Shown: piece after piece, positions 1 through 13,143 of the stretch
How positions within the stretch are numbered: the stretch's first letter is position 1
Layout of the letters: each line of letters starts with the position of its first letter
Origin: Amphiscolops sp. MND2022
Taxonomy: Eukaryota
NCBI GenBank assembly: GCA_964187785.1
Contig: OZ076421.1
Coordinates: forward strand, 10,540,001-10,604,000
Direction of reading: 5' to 3'
Length of the DNA: 64,000 nucleotides
Position numbers and translations under genes: made by a program
The notes under the pieces: generated by a model
Databases searched by the model: none
What the model saw: the letters and a program-made list of their open reading frames with translations, nothing else
Told to the model about the DNA's origin: nothing

Positions 1-2342
1 TTTGCAATGACCCAGATACAAACTGGCAATACATAAGTGGGAAACCAGCACACAATCCATAGAATCCAGCTACTAGCCAGCGCAATCGTCAAGTTTCGAT
101 TTCGGGAAGCATTTTTTGAGCTTGTCGGAAAACCTGAAAGACTTTGAAATAGAAAAATCCAGAGATAAAAGCTGGTAGAAAAAGGCAGAAGACGCCTTCT
201 GAAACATTGGCAGCTAAATGTCGGTAGAAAACAAAATGGGTGCAGCTAAGATACCTTAAATCACCGGCTGCAACAGCTATCGCAGCGTGTACGCCAGTTA
301 CTACAATTGAAAGACAAATATTCCAACATTTACAGAAATCACTGCTTTTTTGTTTTTCGAAAACCCATTCATCGGATGAACAACTGCCATGTATCTGAAA
401 AAAGCGGCTGTAGTCAGACAAAGTCCTGTTTTAGGCATGAAATATTCTTGAAATGTAAAGAAAGTATGCAAGTAAAAGCTGATTAGAAAACAAACTTGTC
501 TGAAGTTCTGCAACATGTTTTTACAAAAATTTTTCAATTATGTTTTTTTTTGCAAAACATAGACAAAATAGTGTGTTTAAACTACAAATTGGTAGAATCT
601 TCAAGTCCGTAATTTCCTCAATCCAGCCCTGATTGAAAAGTTTCGATTCCACCTTGTGCTAAACTGAATTAGACCAAGGATTCCCATCTTTTGTTTTTTA
701 AAAAGTTGCTTTCGAAGTGTTTAGCAAAAAAGCCTTTGCGGAATGAGTCTTCCTTGTTTGTTTTTCAAAACTGGATTTTTTAAAAAGTGTTCGAAATTAC
801 AATTCAAAAGGTTCTTTATGCTTTAAGATAGGAAAAAACGTTTTCGAGTCTCAGCTGTCATCCTTCGGGGGTTTTAGGAACTATGCGATGAGACGGTTTT
901 CTCACTTTCGACCTTCCGCATATTCAAACATTTATGATGATTGATCTTTTTGAGCTTTGAGCGGAGCCCCAGTTTGAGTCGTTGCAGACCTGTCCAATGC
1001 AAGATTGATTTTTTGGTCTCTCTCTTTTGATGTTTTTCGAGTAATGATTCATCAATGCATTTGTCTCCAGTAATTGCTTTTTAATGGTCTGTTAACATCG
1101 GTAAAAAAGTCTATTCACTTTGAATTGATTTTGCAAACATCTGAGTCACCATTTTGAAAGAGCCTATGTTGAGTATTCCATGCCTTCTCTACCTGTCGTG
1201 TATTCATTCAAAGTTCGACGCAAAATATGTAAGGCACATGCAAAATTGGAGATTGGGAATATTCTGATGAATAACTCCAAGTAACTATACTTTTCAGCCC
1301 CTTCCAAGTTGATACTTGAAATCAGAGTCAAGATTTCGTAGATGGTGTTCCCAATTCCGGCTCCTATCACATCCACAAAGGCCTGCATCGAAAATAACCA
1401 AATTCGTTGCAAAAACAAGCGCCATAGATAAGAATAGTTCCGAACTGGAAAATACTCGAAAAAATTAAATTTTGAAAAAAAAATTATGTGCGGGAATGCA
1501 TGTTTTTGAGAAATGCCTTGTTATCAGTTGAAAAGCAGCGTCGGATCCGTTTTTTCATTTCAAGACATTTTCAAGCGTCATATGTATGTCAAGTGTTCTG
1601 GGTGAAAAATTTTGAGGCTCAAAAAGTGTAGTTTTCAAAATTGTAAGGGAGAGTTTTGGGATTTTTGAAAATCCAGTTTGTTGCAAAGTATCAAAAAATT
1701 GAAGGGGGGACCCTTTGGACACATTGAAAAATTTTTCTAAAAAGTCTCACAAAGCCTAAAAAGGGAGCGGGAAAAGTCTCATAGTGCCAAAAATTGGAAA
1801 GTGGTGACCCTTTTGCTTAGCAATGGTTTTGTATTTCTTGTTAGAGGCTTTGAATGCGTTCAAAAATCAAGTACTAAGTACTTTTGGTAATAGTGCACAG
1901 TGCACAAAAAGAACATATAGGATGAACCTCTGTGGTTTGAAGAAAAAGAAAGTAGCCACTGTAATAGTCGGGCACTTTTCACTAGAAAAGCGCCTACTAA
2001 AATCAGTCGCTGCTCTTTAAAATGTCAATGAGAGCGCTTCAATCTGCATCAATCATTGCTTTTATCAAAATTTCGATTGAATTGTGTGCAACGAATGTGG
2101 TGACGAGCCTGAAAAACGACTGGGAAAAGTAACCATGATCGCAGTTTGGGTTGACTCAGAATGGTGATGATGAGGACCAGATTTGCTAGGACACAAAATG
2201 AACTCATTGTGAATCCGAAAATGCTTTTGTAGAACACAACTGACTGGTACAACTCATTATCTATTGGAGATTCAGTTGCATCTTCGTACAAAACAAAACT
2301 CTGAGAAGATTCGATGTCAGAATAGATCATCGGAGTGGCCAT
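1..2342 (-). pseudogene. Rhodopsin-like (class A) GPCR gene, 3 exons, frameshifted; runs off the window start
   Basis: Exons 2342-2109 (TM1 ..VLANLVLIITILSQPKLR..), 1382-1193 (AFVDVIGA..) and 425-<1 join in phase. Exon 3 has TM3 'FRYMAVVHP' (DRY-like), an ECL2 Cys, TM5 'FCLFLP..FFYFKVF' and TM6 'WIVCWFP' (CWxP). These motifs need two frame changes, near ~320 and ~100. Confidence 0.75.
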
Positions 2343-2759
2343 TACAGATACGCTCCTGAAACTTCAAAAACAGAGTTTACCTTTTACTATAAGTAGAAAT
2401 TGTTGGAGTTGAATTTAGTCGTGTGAGACTTCGTAAAAGGTGTGATTTTTGGGATCTTAACGAACAAGCAACATTTTAAGGTTTGCAAAAATCACTCAAC
2501 TATATTATTTAAGCAGTCACCGAAATGGAGATATGATTTTACCCGGAATTGATGCCTCCGATATGATTTCACGTTAGAACATGATTGTGACAAAAAACAA
2601 GGAACCGCAATTTTGTTTCGACAAAATAAACAGCGGTTCAAATTGTCCGTGAAGTCGTTGTTTTTACACAGCGCTTTTTAAAATAGTGCACGACTTTTAC
2701 AGTGGCAAATTTTTTCTTTTATAAGTTTTGACAAAACAAAGGTCTCCATGACCATGTAA

Positions 2760-3285
2760 ACTCCTATTTGAATGTGATGATTACCCGTCAACAGATAATA
2801 AAAATGATCGAACCACGTCTACCCGACGAATTTTATGGGAAGCAGACTTTGAATACAAAGTATTTGAACCGAGTTAAGAAAACAGTCCGGTTACGGGTAC
2901 GCGACTAGTGAACGACGCCGCGAATGGTACAGCGGACAAAAACATTACCGAATCGAATGAACGCAGCAGTGTGGAAGCGAATGAGCACAGCAGCGTAGAC
3001 GAGAACGAACGCAACAGCGCAAAGGAGAATGAAATAAGGACGAGACCGGCCCGTAGCCGCGAGGAGCCCGCGCTCTCAGACGAATTGCCTAAGTCGGCGT
3101 AAAAAATTCAAGTGAGGTCACACAGAGTGAATGCAGCGATACCGATAATGTTTCAAAAATGGGCGGAAATATTACCGTTCCCGGAATATTGAATGATAAA
3201 AACAAAGAATATGCGACGACAGAGGAAGGAAACTGTTTTTTTCCACCTAACCATACCCCACTTTACTGATGAATACAGATACTAG
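2760..3285 (+). mobile_element. Decayed C-terminal tail of a Gypsy integrase (second family)
   Basis: Fragments 'ILWEADFEYKVF' and 'HFTDEYRY*' resemble the pol tail of the intact element here ('AWETEFGEVLF', 'LRPNPKPNVDPDFR'). Includes 24-bp coding repeats (NERSSVEA/NEHSSVDE/NERNSAKE) at ~2957-3035. Confidence 0.35.
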
Positions 3286-3835
3286 TCAAGGGAACGATTT
3301 ACGGATCTCAAGACATCAAATTTATGAATGCTCTGTCTGAATACGCGTTACATTCTCGTCGATTGGGCCATTTGAAGAGCAAGTGAAGTGCCCTATGATT
3401 GTTTCACTTGGGCCCATAGTGCTCGTCTGTGGCCCACTGGTCTGTTCATTGTCAGCAGAAAAAAACTCTGACACGTTCTCCTTTTTGGTCAACATATCCA
3501 AACCAAAAAGAATAAATCTTTCCGGCCAACTTCCTGAGTGTGAATCCAAATTACTGCATTAAAAACCATTCGAAGGTAAAACAAACTGAAACTCCAAGAC
3601 GTGAAAAATGGTATCGGGAAAAAAAAGGTCATGAAAAACTCGAACGTGATGAGAGCCCTGATCAAGCTTATTTCCGTTCAAAATTTAAAATAAGACCAGA
3701 TACTTAGCAAGCGATTGAATTGAACCGATGTGAGAGCACAGTGATGATCTTGATTCAAGGAAATCTGAATTAGGCTCTTACCGACTGTTGGTTTTTTCGT
3801 GAAGAAGGTGAGAAATGAGGTAAGCAGATTGTCCG

Positions 3836-6639
3836 TGTAAGGTAAAATGAAAAGGATATGATACGATTGAAAGATGAAACGGTTAATCAACAATTACAAA
3901 CTACAATTGTATTGACAAGGAGAGATGGAGTTCGTGGCTATTTGGACTGGGTAACAAATACGTGTCAATTTATGGATTTTATCAGAACGTGTGAGTAGAT
4001 GGAATCTCCAGAAAAAGCTTCTGTTATTGCTATTGGGAAATTATAAATTTTCAATATATTTCGTGTTAGCCTAATTCATTTCATAATATTTTGCATTATT
4101 TACCGTTGATTCATTATTGGATTATCATAGCAATTGCCGCGATTGAAGACGAAACGATGGAACACCCCCATTGGCTGATGAGAATCCGACGCTTGGCCGA
4201 CCAAAACCTAATTCATACAAAACTTATATTTAGAGCTCTTCGTTCATTTGATTATTGTTGTTGATGCGAAACAAAAAATCTGACCGAATACGGCTTTTTG
4301 CCGTTCAAGATAATTAACGTATTGGCGGAAAGCTGTATACATACGGTTATTTTCTTCGTGCTTTGTGCTATATTGTGTTGATGTGCTAATTTGATGCTCT
4401 GAAAACGAAGGCCGGTTACGGCAGGAGGCCAGCTACGGTCTTAATCGCAATTAAACTGCTGGTGCTGTTTACTTGTATTTTTGAGTGCTAACATTATGTA
4501 ATACGTCTGATAAACCTAATGATAGAATGACGAGGACTGCTTTATGCTCTGTACTGTTTACTTGTATGATTGCGCGCTAATTTCATGTAATTTAATGAGC
4601 CGGAAACGAACATCCGTCATGACGGTTAGTCACATGGCGGCAGTGGGCCAGTTACGGCCTTTATCTTTTCTTAAATGGTGGCGCTATTTGGTATTGTTGA
4701 AACAAGAACTACACCTGAAAATGAAACAAATGTGCCTCTTTGGCTCAAGCTTTGCTATCTATACCACGTAGTTATTTGTACGGTGATTGTGGTAAAGTAC
4801 GTCTTGACCTGCGTGTCAAAACTAAAAGCAATATGCATTCGTTAAATACATGAAATGGACCCATAGTCCCATTGGACCAACATGGCAAATTACATATACC
4901 TGTTAAATACATGTATTGTTGATATAAAAAAATACATGTAATAGATTGATGACCTAAATACATGTAGTTGATTGAATAGTGAACCTCGCTCTGTAAATGA
5001 ACATTTACATGATCATTGTTATCACTGCCTGGGTTTGTGACCCAGGCTGCCACCTGTGATCTTGTTTCATTTCATGTTTGATAGCCTGCCTTTCCAATTT
5101 AGTCGATGTAGCCGCGTTAGGCTTTCCAACCAATCAGAAAACGCGTTACATACTTGCAATATTTTATTCATTTAGTATGCAGTACTCATTTGCTATAATA
5201 AAAAGGCTGTGTCCGCCATATGCCTAACGAAGAACGGCAATGAAAGGCAATTGGCGGGATTAGGCCTTAATGTTAGAGTGAAGTATTTAATAATACAGTG
5301 TTTGACTCTATCGTTCATTTGCTGTAGCTGTAATTGAATGGCCGAGTACGGCCATGCACCGTAGACAGCCTGGCAGTAGACGGCACTTAGCCGAATAGGC
5401 CTTGTTATTACAAAATTCTGATGCTACTTTTTCCAGCGCTGTATTTTTAATGTTCCAATGCTTTCTAGCTTGGCGTTGTGGAAAACAGGTCCACATTTTA
5501 ATTGACCATTAAGAGGCGCTCTTATCTTATAGTATTAGTGCTGTGATTGAATACACGTACATGCTCAATTAAATTAAAGGCCAAGTACGGCCAAGTGCTA
5601 CGAGGAGACGGACAGCTAAGACGGTTGGCCGGCTACGGACTTCTTTTCTTCAAATTAAAATAGTGATGTTAAATGATTTATTGGTGCAAAGAATAATGTC
5701 AAGCCGCACTATTAGTCAATGAAATTAATATTCGGAACAACTATTTCAACTTTAGTTAAAATATGTTCCCCCTCATTTTTCCTTACCCGGAATACAATTA
5801 GACATTTGGGACGTCATGTCGTATGTAGTAAAACATGTGCATGTAAACATGTAAAACATTGAATTACATGTAGGTTGGATATTACCTTGTACTTGTAACC
5901 CAAGTCGATTTAGTAAACAAATACCGATATCCTTTGATACCTATTTTTAGAACACGGTTGTCGTCACGGCGCTATTTTCAGATGTTTGTGATCTAATCAT
6001 AGATTGATGATGTTCTAAATTATGGGTGTCATGGTAACTTGAGTAATTATACCTGGGACATGTAATCCACGGAACACAATTTGATTTATAACTCCAATAT
6101 TCAAAACGATTGTAAAACTCACTTTAATTTGTCATAAAAAAATTAATTAAATTCTTCCCTGCGAATACTTTCCTATGCTTTCAACAAAGAGAAAAACGAC
6201 TGAACTAGACATTCTAGAGATATGGAGATCGTACCAAATCTATCTCTCGGCTAAAATGACACCGAGTCCATTCCTACTTGAAAAATACTTTCGCTGCAAA
6301 TTGCGCAAAAGCATACGCAGTAGAATTGAGACTGCTAGGCCAGATAAACCCCTAGAGTCTATGGAAATGTTATCAGGGGAATTGAAAGATTTACTCATGA
6401 ACATCTTGCAAGTGCAGATTATTAGAGCGATCCATTCTGCGGTCAATGATAGAGTGATCCCCGAGATACAAAGTATTTTGGGTACGCTGTCTTCACGACA
6501 GAAGGACACTGAGTCCGATTCGTCCAATAACAAAAGCAAAATAAACGTGAGGAAACAAACGGATTAAAAACAAAACTTACAAAGAAGGACTCTAGATCAG
6601 CCTTTGAACTAAGAGACACGAAGGACCTAAGTCCTTACA
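3836..6639 (+). mobile_element. Probable 3' LTR (~2.8 kb) of a second Gypsy family, containing a gag-like N-terminal ORF remnant (6175-6567)
   Basis: Perfect 7-bp inverted termini TGTAAGG...CCTTACA. It follows an integrase-tail remnant and has a helical ORF near its 3' end, as in the LTRs at 20790 and 34953. No TSD and no clean PPT were found. Confidence 0.45.
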
Positions 6640-9600
6640 GACAATACAAAAGAGAAAACATCCAAATCATACAACAGCCAAACTATGGTACTTTTTTGGA
6701 CTATCTGTTTATCATAAATAGCAAATTAGCATAACGTAGTCAATTAACGCTCAGGTTGGTGAATTTGTTGTCTGCTCCTGAACCATGAACGTTTCTTCAA
6801 AAACGTCAGACTATCGTCACAATCATCAAATTTTAGTGTCTCTTGCTGATGATTTGTATGAAACAGGAATCTCCCTGAAGAAGAGTTTAAGCGAGTTAAT
6901 GCTTTTATAGAAAGATATCGAACTATTTTGTTACACATCGTTAGTTTGCGTATGCAAAAACCTTCAATTTAAGGTACCCGATGTTGATAATGGAGGTCGT
7001 CGCTACTCGAAAGGTTTCTCCAGACTGAAACCCAGTTTCATTAAAATCTTTTCTCGTAAAATGCCTGTCATACAATGACCATTTATAAAAACATCTCCTT
7101 CATACAATCACCATATATAAAACATTTAGTTTAATCATTGACCATATACGAAACAGTTAGTTCACAGCATGATAATAACGAATTAAGTGTTTTTTGTATG
7201 AGATAGTTTTCACATATGGAATTTTTGTATGGACTAAATGTTACGCCAACCCGCGACTTCCGCAACGTTCCATTGTTGAAATTTCACTGCTGTACTTGAC
7301 TGCTGTATTATTCTTTTTCCAAATAATATGGAAAAGGAGTCAGCGGAATTTTTTCAAAGGAGCGCAAATTTTTGATAGTTTGAGAATTCAATTTAAAATA
7401 TTTCGCTCGGTTTTACAACATTAACAAAGAGGTTAGGTCTATGGTTCTTCGGGAGCTCTGAGACCGAATGAACTTTGGGCACTCAGTATTCAATAACTAA
7501 GTTTTTTAGCTGCGAATGGTTAAATGCGATACTTTTGAAATCGAGTCCACTCTGTGGAACATACAGACAAACAATGTGAATAAATTTTAGTATTCGTAAA
7601 CAACGGATCTTAGTAGTTGAACCTTGGCATGTACTACCGACCAAAAAACTGAAACTATTCAAAAAGCGTCAACATACTTGGTGACGGTCGAAAATTGTGT
7701 TTGGCTGCTCAGAAAAGTGGAAGTGCTTTCTTGTATAAATGCAAAACAAACGTGGGAAAAATAGATGCGTATTGAACAACTTATTTACAGCTAGTTATTT
7801 AGAGCTTGTCATTGTTTTGAAAATTCGCTGTTTCGCGTTAGAGCATTATTATTTTAGAGCTGGTAACATCTCGAATTTTGAATTCAAAGCAAGAAATTTT
7901 AGTTTGCACCCATCAATGTAATGCACACCACCACGTAGGTGTATCGTCTCGTTACAGTATCTGTGTTATGACTTCAATTTTGAAAGACAAGACTGAACCT
8001 CTAGCCGATGATGAATATTGTGAAAATCATGTTCTATACGAATTACAGAAATTGCCAGCAGAAGTATAAACGACGCCCAGGACACCATACCCTAGTCGTC
8101 GGACTTTAGCCTCCATGAACTTTTTACATGTTGTATGGACGCATGCAGGGAAATTTTTTGAAGACTTACTAAAAAATTCAGGGATGATTAAGGGAAAAAT
8201 CTTGCAAAGCTTCTTTGCATCTTGGAAAATCTTGGAAGTTTTTCATTGCGCTTTTATAAAAGCTATACTGCGCTTACATAGAAACTCTCAAAAACCTCAC
8301 AGTACAAAAGTTACCCAAAAGGGGCCTTATGAGATTATTTTTACTGAAAACATCAAAAAACCCAAGTTTGTATTAAAATCTATTTTCCGATATTGTATAG
8401 GAAAACATTTTTTAAATAAGGGCGAACCTTGAGTGTCGGAAATTGCTTTTTCCTAACCTAAAACATCAACTTTCTGAATCTTTTCGAAAGTGCCCTACAA
8501 AACATCGCACAAGGCCAAAATCTGCGAACCTTTAGACTCGCAAACGCTCTCCTTTTGCTGAAAACATCAGACAATTAGAAAGAGCTCCCAAGAGAACTTC
8601 CAAGATTTTCCAAGATTCAAGGAAGCTTTACAAGATTTTTCCCTTCATGATCCCTGAATTTTTTAGGTCTTCAAAAAAAATTTCCCTGTGACTACTAGTG
8701 ACTACTCCGTGAAAGAAACTTGCTCTCCTAAAAAGTTTTAAGACCTTCAAAAGAAGCGTCATATTCAGAGTGCTATTTGGCTAACGGTGATTACATAAGG
8801 TACTTGCATGAGAAACTTACGCGTGAAAACAAAGTGATCGCGGTGATGAAGACGTGGAATTGTTTTCAGTTTTAATTCAAATAGTGAAGGCTGCATTGTA
8901 ATCCTACAAAATGTTTCCATGCACGGTCCCGGAATTTTCCATGTTTTATAAACAAATAGCCTGCATGTTTCCATGCAGCATGTAAAAAGTTCAAGCAACC
9001 TCGACTAGGGTTACAAAACTAATGCTTTGATTAGCGATTCTAACGAAAGCCGCTGATCAAAAATGACTGCACTAAATCATAGGAGCCAGTGAAAGGAAAA
9101 CAGAAAACAGTGAAAAAGTCTTCACATGTGTCGTGACTTGAATCACTCTGTGTGAATACTGCGGGGTGCAAAAAGTTCTCTCTCAAAGTTTTTCATTGTT
9201 GTGGATACGCTGTCTTCAGGACAGACGGACACTGAGTCCGATTCGTCCATTACCAAAAGGAAAATATACGTGAGGAAACAAACGGGTTAAAAACAAAACT
9301 TACAAAGAAGGACTCTAGGTCAGACTTTGAACCAAGAGACACGAAGGACCTAAGTCCTTACAGACAATACAAGAGAGAAAACATCCGAATCATACAACAG
9401 CCAAACTGTGGTACGTTTTTGGACTATCTGTTTACCTGAAATTGCAAATTAGCATAACGTAGTCAATTAACGTTCAGGTTGGTGAATTTGTTGTCTGCTC
9501 CTGAACCATGAAGGTTTCTTTCAAAAACGTCAGACTATTGTCACAATCATCGAATTTTAGTGTCTCTTGCTGATTTATATGAAACAGAAATCTCCATGAG

Positions 9601-10856
9601 AAGGGTTTAAGTGAGTTAATGCTTTTATAGAAAGATATCGAACTATTTTGTTACACATCGTTAGTTTGCGTATGCAAAAACCTTCAATTTAAAAGGTACC
9701 CGTTGTTGATGATGGAGGTCGTTGCTACTCGAAAGGTTTCTCCAGACTAAAACTCAGTTTCGTTATAATCTATCCTGGTAAAATGCCAGTCATACATTGA
9801 CCATTTATAAAAACATTTACTTCATACAATCACCATATATAAAACATTTAGTTTAAACATTGACCATTGAAACAGTTAGTTCACAGCATGAGAATAAAGA
9901 ATAATGTGTTTTTTGTATGAGATAGTTTTCATATATGGCATTTTTGTATGGACTAAATGTTATGCCAACCCAGGACTTCCGCAACGTTCCATTGTCGAAA
10001 TTTCACTGCTGTACTTGACTGCTGTATTATTCTTTTTCCAACTAATATGGAAAAGGAGTCAGCGGAATTTTTTCAAAAGCGCAAAGGTGCGCAAACTTTT
10101 TGTAGTTCGAGAATTCATTTTAAAATATTTCGCTCGCTTTGACAACATTAACAAAGAGGTTAGGTCTATGGTTCTTCGGGAGTTCTGAGACCGAATGAAC
10201 TTTGGGCACTTAATATTCAATAACTTGGTTTTTCTAACTGCGAAATGTTAAATGCGATACTTTTGAGATCGAGTCCTCTCTGTGAAACATACAGACAAAC
10301 AATGTGAACAAATTTTAGTATTCGTAAACAACAAATCTTAGTAGTTGAACCTTGGCATATACCACCGACCAAAAAATTGAAACTATTCAAAAAGCGTCAA
10401 CATACTTGGTGACAATAGAAAATTGTGTTTGACTGCTCAGAAAAGTAGAAGTGCCTTCTAATATAAATGTAAAACAAACGTGGGAAAAATAGATGCGTAT
10501 TGAACAACTTATTTACAGCTAGTTATTTAGAGCTTGTCATTGTTTTGAAAATTCGCTGTTTTGCGTTAGAGCATTATTATTTTAGAGCTGGTAACATCTT
10601 GAATTTTGAATTCAAAACAAGAAATTTTAGTTGGCACCCATCAATGCAATGCACACCACCACGTAGGTGTATCGTTACATTACAGTATCTGTGTTATGAC
10701 TTCAATTTTGAACGACAAGACTAAACATCTAGCCGATGTTGAATATTGTGAAAATCATGTTCTACGAATTACAGAAATTGTCAGCAGAAGTATAAACGAC
10801 GCCCAGGACCTACCCTAGTAGGACTTTAGCCTCCATGAACTTTTTACAAGTTGCAT
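6483..10856 (+). repeat. Direct repeat pair (~1.65 kb each): 6483-8134 and 9206-10856
   Basis: Near-identical sequence offset by ~2.72 kb, e.g. TACGCTGTCTTCA..GACACTGAGTCCGATTCGTCC through GGACTTTAGCCTCCATGAACTTTTTAC. Duplicated short ORFs appear in the ORF track. Confidence 0.9.
8090..9009. mobile_element. Nested MITE-like foldback elements
   Basis: Outer inverted ends CCCTAGTCG (8090) and CGACTAGGG (9009) with flanking inverted similarity. Inner ~95-bp imperfect inverted repeat CAGGGAAATTTTTT (8146) ... AAAATTTCCCTG (8688). No TSD found. Confidence 0.5.
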
Positions 10857-10879
10857 GAGAATTTTTTGTGGATTCCCCC

Positions 10880-11440
10880 AATAGTTTGTGCTTTAATATT
10901 ACCTCATAATACTTGAGATACACAATAATTCACCCTTCTACGAAGTTTCTGCTTGACCTTAAGCTCACACCTAGCAAAAAGTTAAATAACTTTACTCATG
11001 TTAAATAACAATGGTACAAGTTCACTAAAACCAGCTAAAACATCTTCCATTTTGATCACCGAACTACCCATCGATGTTTTATCACAGCCTTTTTCTCATT
11101 GATTTTGAAATCCTATGCTCGAAGTGACAATCTTCTTTTGTATTTTCAACTGGATCATGGTTTTCATAAAATTATGATTCAAATAGTTATTTGGCATGAC
11201 ATTCTGAACAACTCCTTGACTCCCTATAATTCTAATAACAATACAGCTTTAACCCCTTAAGAATTAGCAACTGAATTGCTGAAATATAAATCACGTATAA
11301 CAGCCCTATTGTGAAAGTATTGGTGCGCCCCATGCTTCATGATAAAGATTTCATTGTTCTTCGAGTCACAAAAACTCTTTTTTTCACGTAGACAACAACT
11401 ATATTCCTCTTTCCAATGAATATTTCCGATTTCATGCAGT
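10880..11440 (-). pseudogene. Highly decayed non-LTR RT fragment
   Basis: Residual motifs 'TIGLLYVIYISAI' (cf. GPLLFLIYINDI) and 'LKVKQKLRRR' (cf. L..RR). Many stops. Confidence 0.3.
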
Positions 11441-11929
11441 TGCATTATTTGAAATAAAGTCTTTATTGATTGTTTTGGAGCATCGAAAAAACCTTAAAGC
11501 TTCGTCTGAAAATACAAGACATTGCAGCAGGAAACCCTCCTAAAAAAGTTGATTGAAGAAGCTTTTGAAGCAAAGTTTAAACGCATAGTAACGTTAGAAA
11601 ATTTAATTTTAGTTTTATCCTGTGTGTTGAATTCGGTGTGGTCATTGGGCGATAAAGTCATCGGTGGAATATCAGAGTTGACTTTGAAAATTATTTACTT
11701 TATTTGTATACCGTTTGCGCTGGTCGTGTATAGTAATTTCGAGAAACGTCTGTAACTGAAAGTTGTATTTTCCACACAACCAGCCACTGGAGATCGAAAA
11801 CTTAATTCAGGGGGCTTCCTCCAAGATGCGGACCTAACGTATATTAACATATAAGTATGCAGATAACAGTACTTCTCTTTCAAGCAAAGAAAACCAAAGC
11901 ACATATCCAGAAAAGGCGGAAAACTATAC

Positions 11930-12420
11930 ATACAAATGGAGGCAGGTGCTGAATAAAGACAAAACTGAACATATAAATTTCTTAGAAGAAGTATATTAGT
12001 CCGACTAAAACTTTGTTAAGAGAAGTGAAAACTTGGCCTATGGTTCGAACGAGATTTGAGTTTCAAAACACATGATGCCATTATCTCTGCCTCAATGGTT
12101 AATTTCTGAAAAGAAACAAGTGTACTTATAACGCAAGGATTAAATCCACTTTACGCTGTACGTATCTTTGATTCATATGTGAAACCACGTGTCACGTACT
12201 GTATGGCTATTTGGTTTCATCAAAACATGACATCTCTGCACAAGATGTGGTGGAGTGTTCATAAATCTATCTTTAGGAAATAGCTTTAGAAACTACCACG
12301 TATCGAAACACGTAGTTAGTGTTTTTAGTTTAAATCAACTACACTAATCAAGTTTTATTGTTTCTACATTCAACTGCTAGAAGTGCAGATATTCTAAACC
12401 CAGGTAATTTTGCAATCATA
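11930..12420 (+). pseudogene. Decayed non-LTR RT C-terminal (thumb) fragment
   Basis: 'LNKDKTEHINF' (LNxxKT motif) and 'SFKTH...FDSYVKPRVTYCMAIW' (cf. Y.S.V.P.L.Y...W). Mirrored at ~58260-58750. Confidence 0.5.
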
Positions 12421-12511
12421 TGCCAACATAATATTATGGTGAGGTATTTTTTTGGTACACAAACTTTCAATTGTAAATGGTGATCCTGATGAAATTATGG
12501 CAATATACATA

Positions 12512-13005
12512 CGGATTCCGGACGTTTCGGCAAAAACATGGCGGCGGACGTTTCGGCAAAAAAATATGCCGAAATGTCTCAGGCTAAAAACATTTGCCGG
12601 AAAGTTTCGTATGATATGTGGGGCTTATCCGGTGTATGCACGATCGCCCTCACCGTCGCAAGAACCAGCTCCCACTACGATCGCTTCGCGATCTCTGTTC
12701 CCGCTGGGTCTTTGCTCCTGTTCGACCTCGCTTAGCCAGATGGGAATAAAAGCGGCCCCAAGGGGCTGCGGGGCACTAGAGGAATTGAGGACATATCCGA
12801 GGCACGTTTAATGCTTTGCATCATTCCTACTTTAATGGTCTTATCGTTATTCTTCAATTCCAGAATTCTACAAACTGGTATTCTACAAACTGGACACAAG
12901 CGGTTTGTAGAAAACCAAAAACAACACCTAGATAATGCGGGACGTTTCGGCGTGAAAACTATGCTGAAACGTCTCGAGTTTTTTTGCCGAAACGTCCTGT
13001 TCCCA
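12512..13005. mobile_element. MITE-like non-autonomous DNA element with a nested ~175-bp repeat
   Basis: Subterminal inverted repeats GGACGTTTCGGCAAAAA (12520) and TTTTTGCCGAAACGTCC (ends 12997), with extra GACGTTTCGGC motifs. Flanked by TACATA at 12506-12511 and 13006-13011 (candidate TSD). Confidence 0.6.
12631..12806 (+). repeat. ~175-bp dispersed repeat, copy 1 (others 14715-14888, 42091-42183 partial; mirrored 56026-56199, 57873-58048)
   Basis: Shared sequence TGTATGCACG..CCCTCACCGTCGCA..TTCGCGATCT..GCTCCTGTTCGACCTCGCT..GGACATATCCGAGGCACG in three unrelated contexts. Confidence 0.85.
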
Positions 13006-13143
13006 TACATACAATATGCTAGACAATCCTCAGTCAGTACAGAAGGAGGTGGATGAGTATTGCAGGCACTTATGGCAACGAGAAATAAAGCAATGTCTCA
13101 TGTACTCAAATTACTCAGGGCTTAAAGTAAGAAACAGCATCAT

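Noticed and set aside
4150-4190. Hammerhead ribozyme (GAAAC ... CTGATGAG)
   Set aside because: No GUH cleavage triplet or stems I/III in the required geometry.
4880-5880. p53 response elements among the ACATGT/TACATGTA clusters
   Set aside because: They do not form paired RRRCWWGYYY half-sites. Treated as simple motif enrichment.
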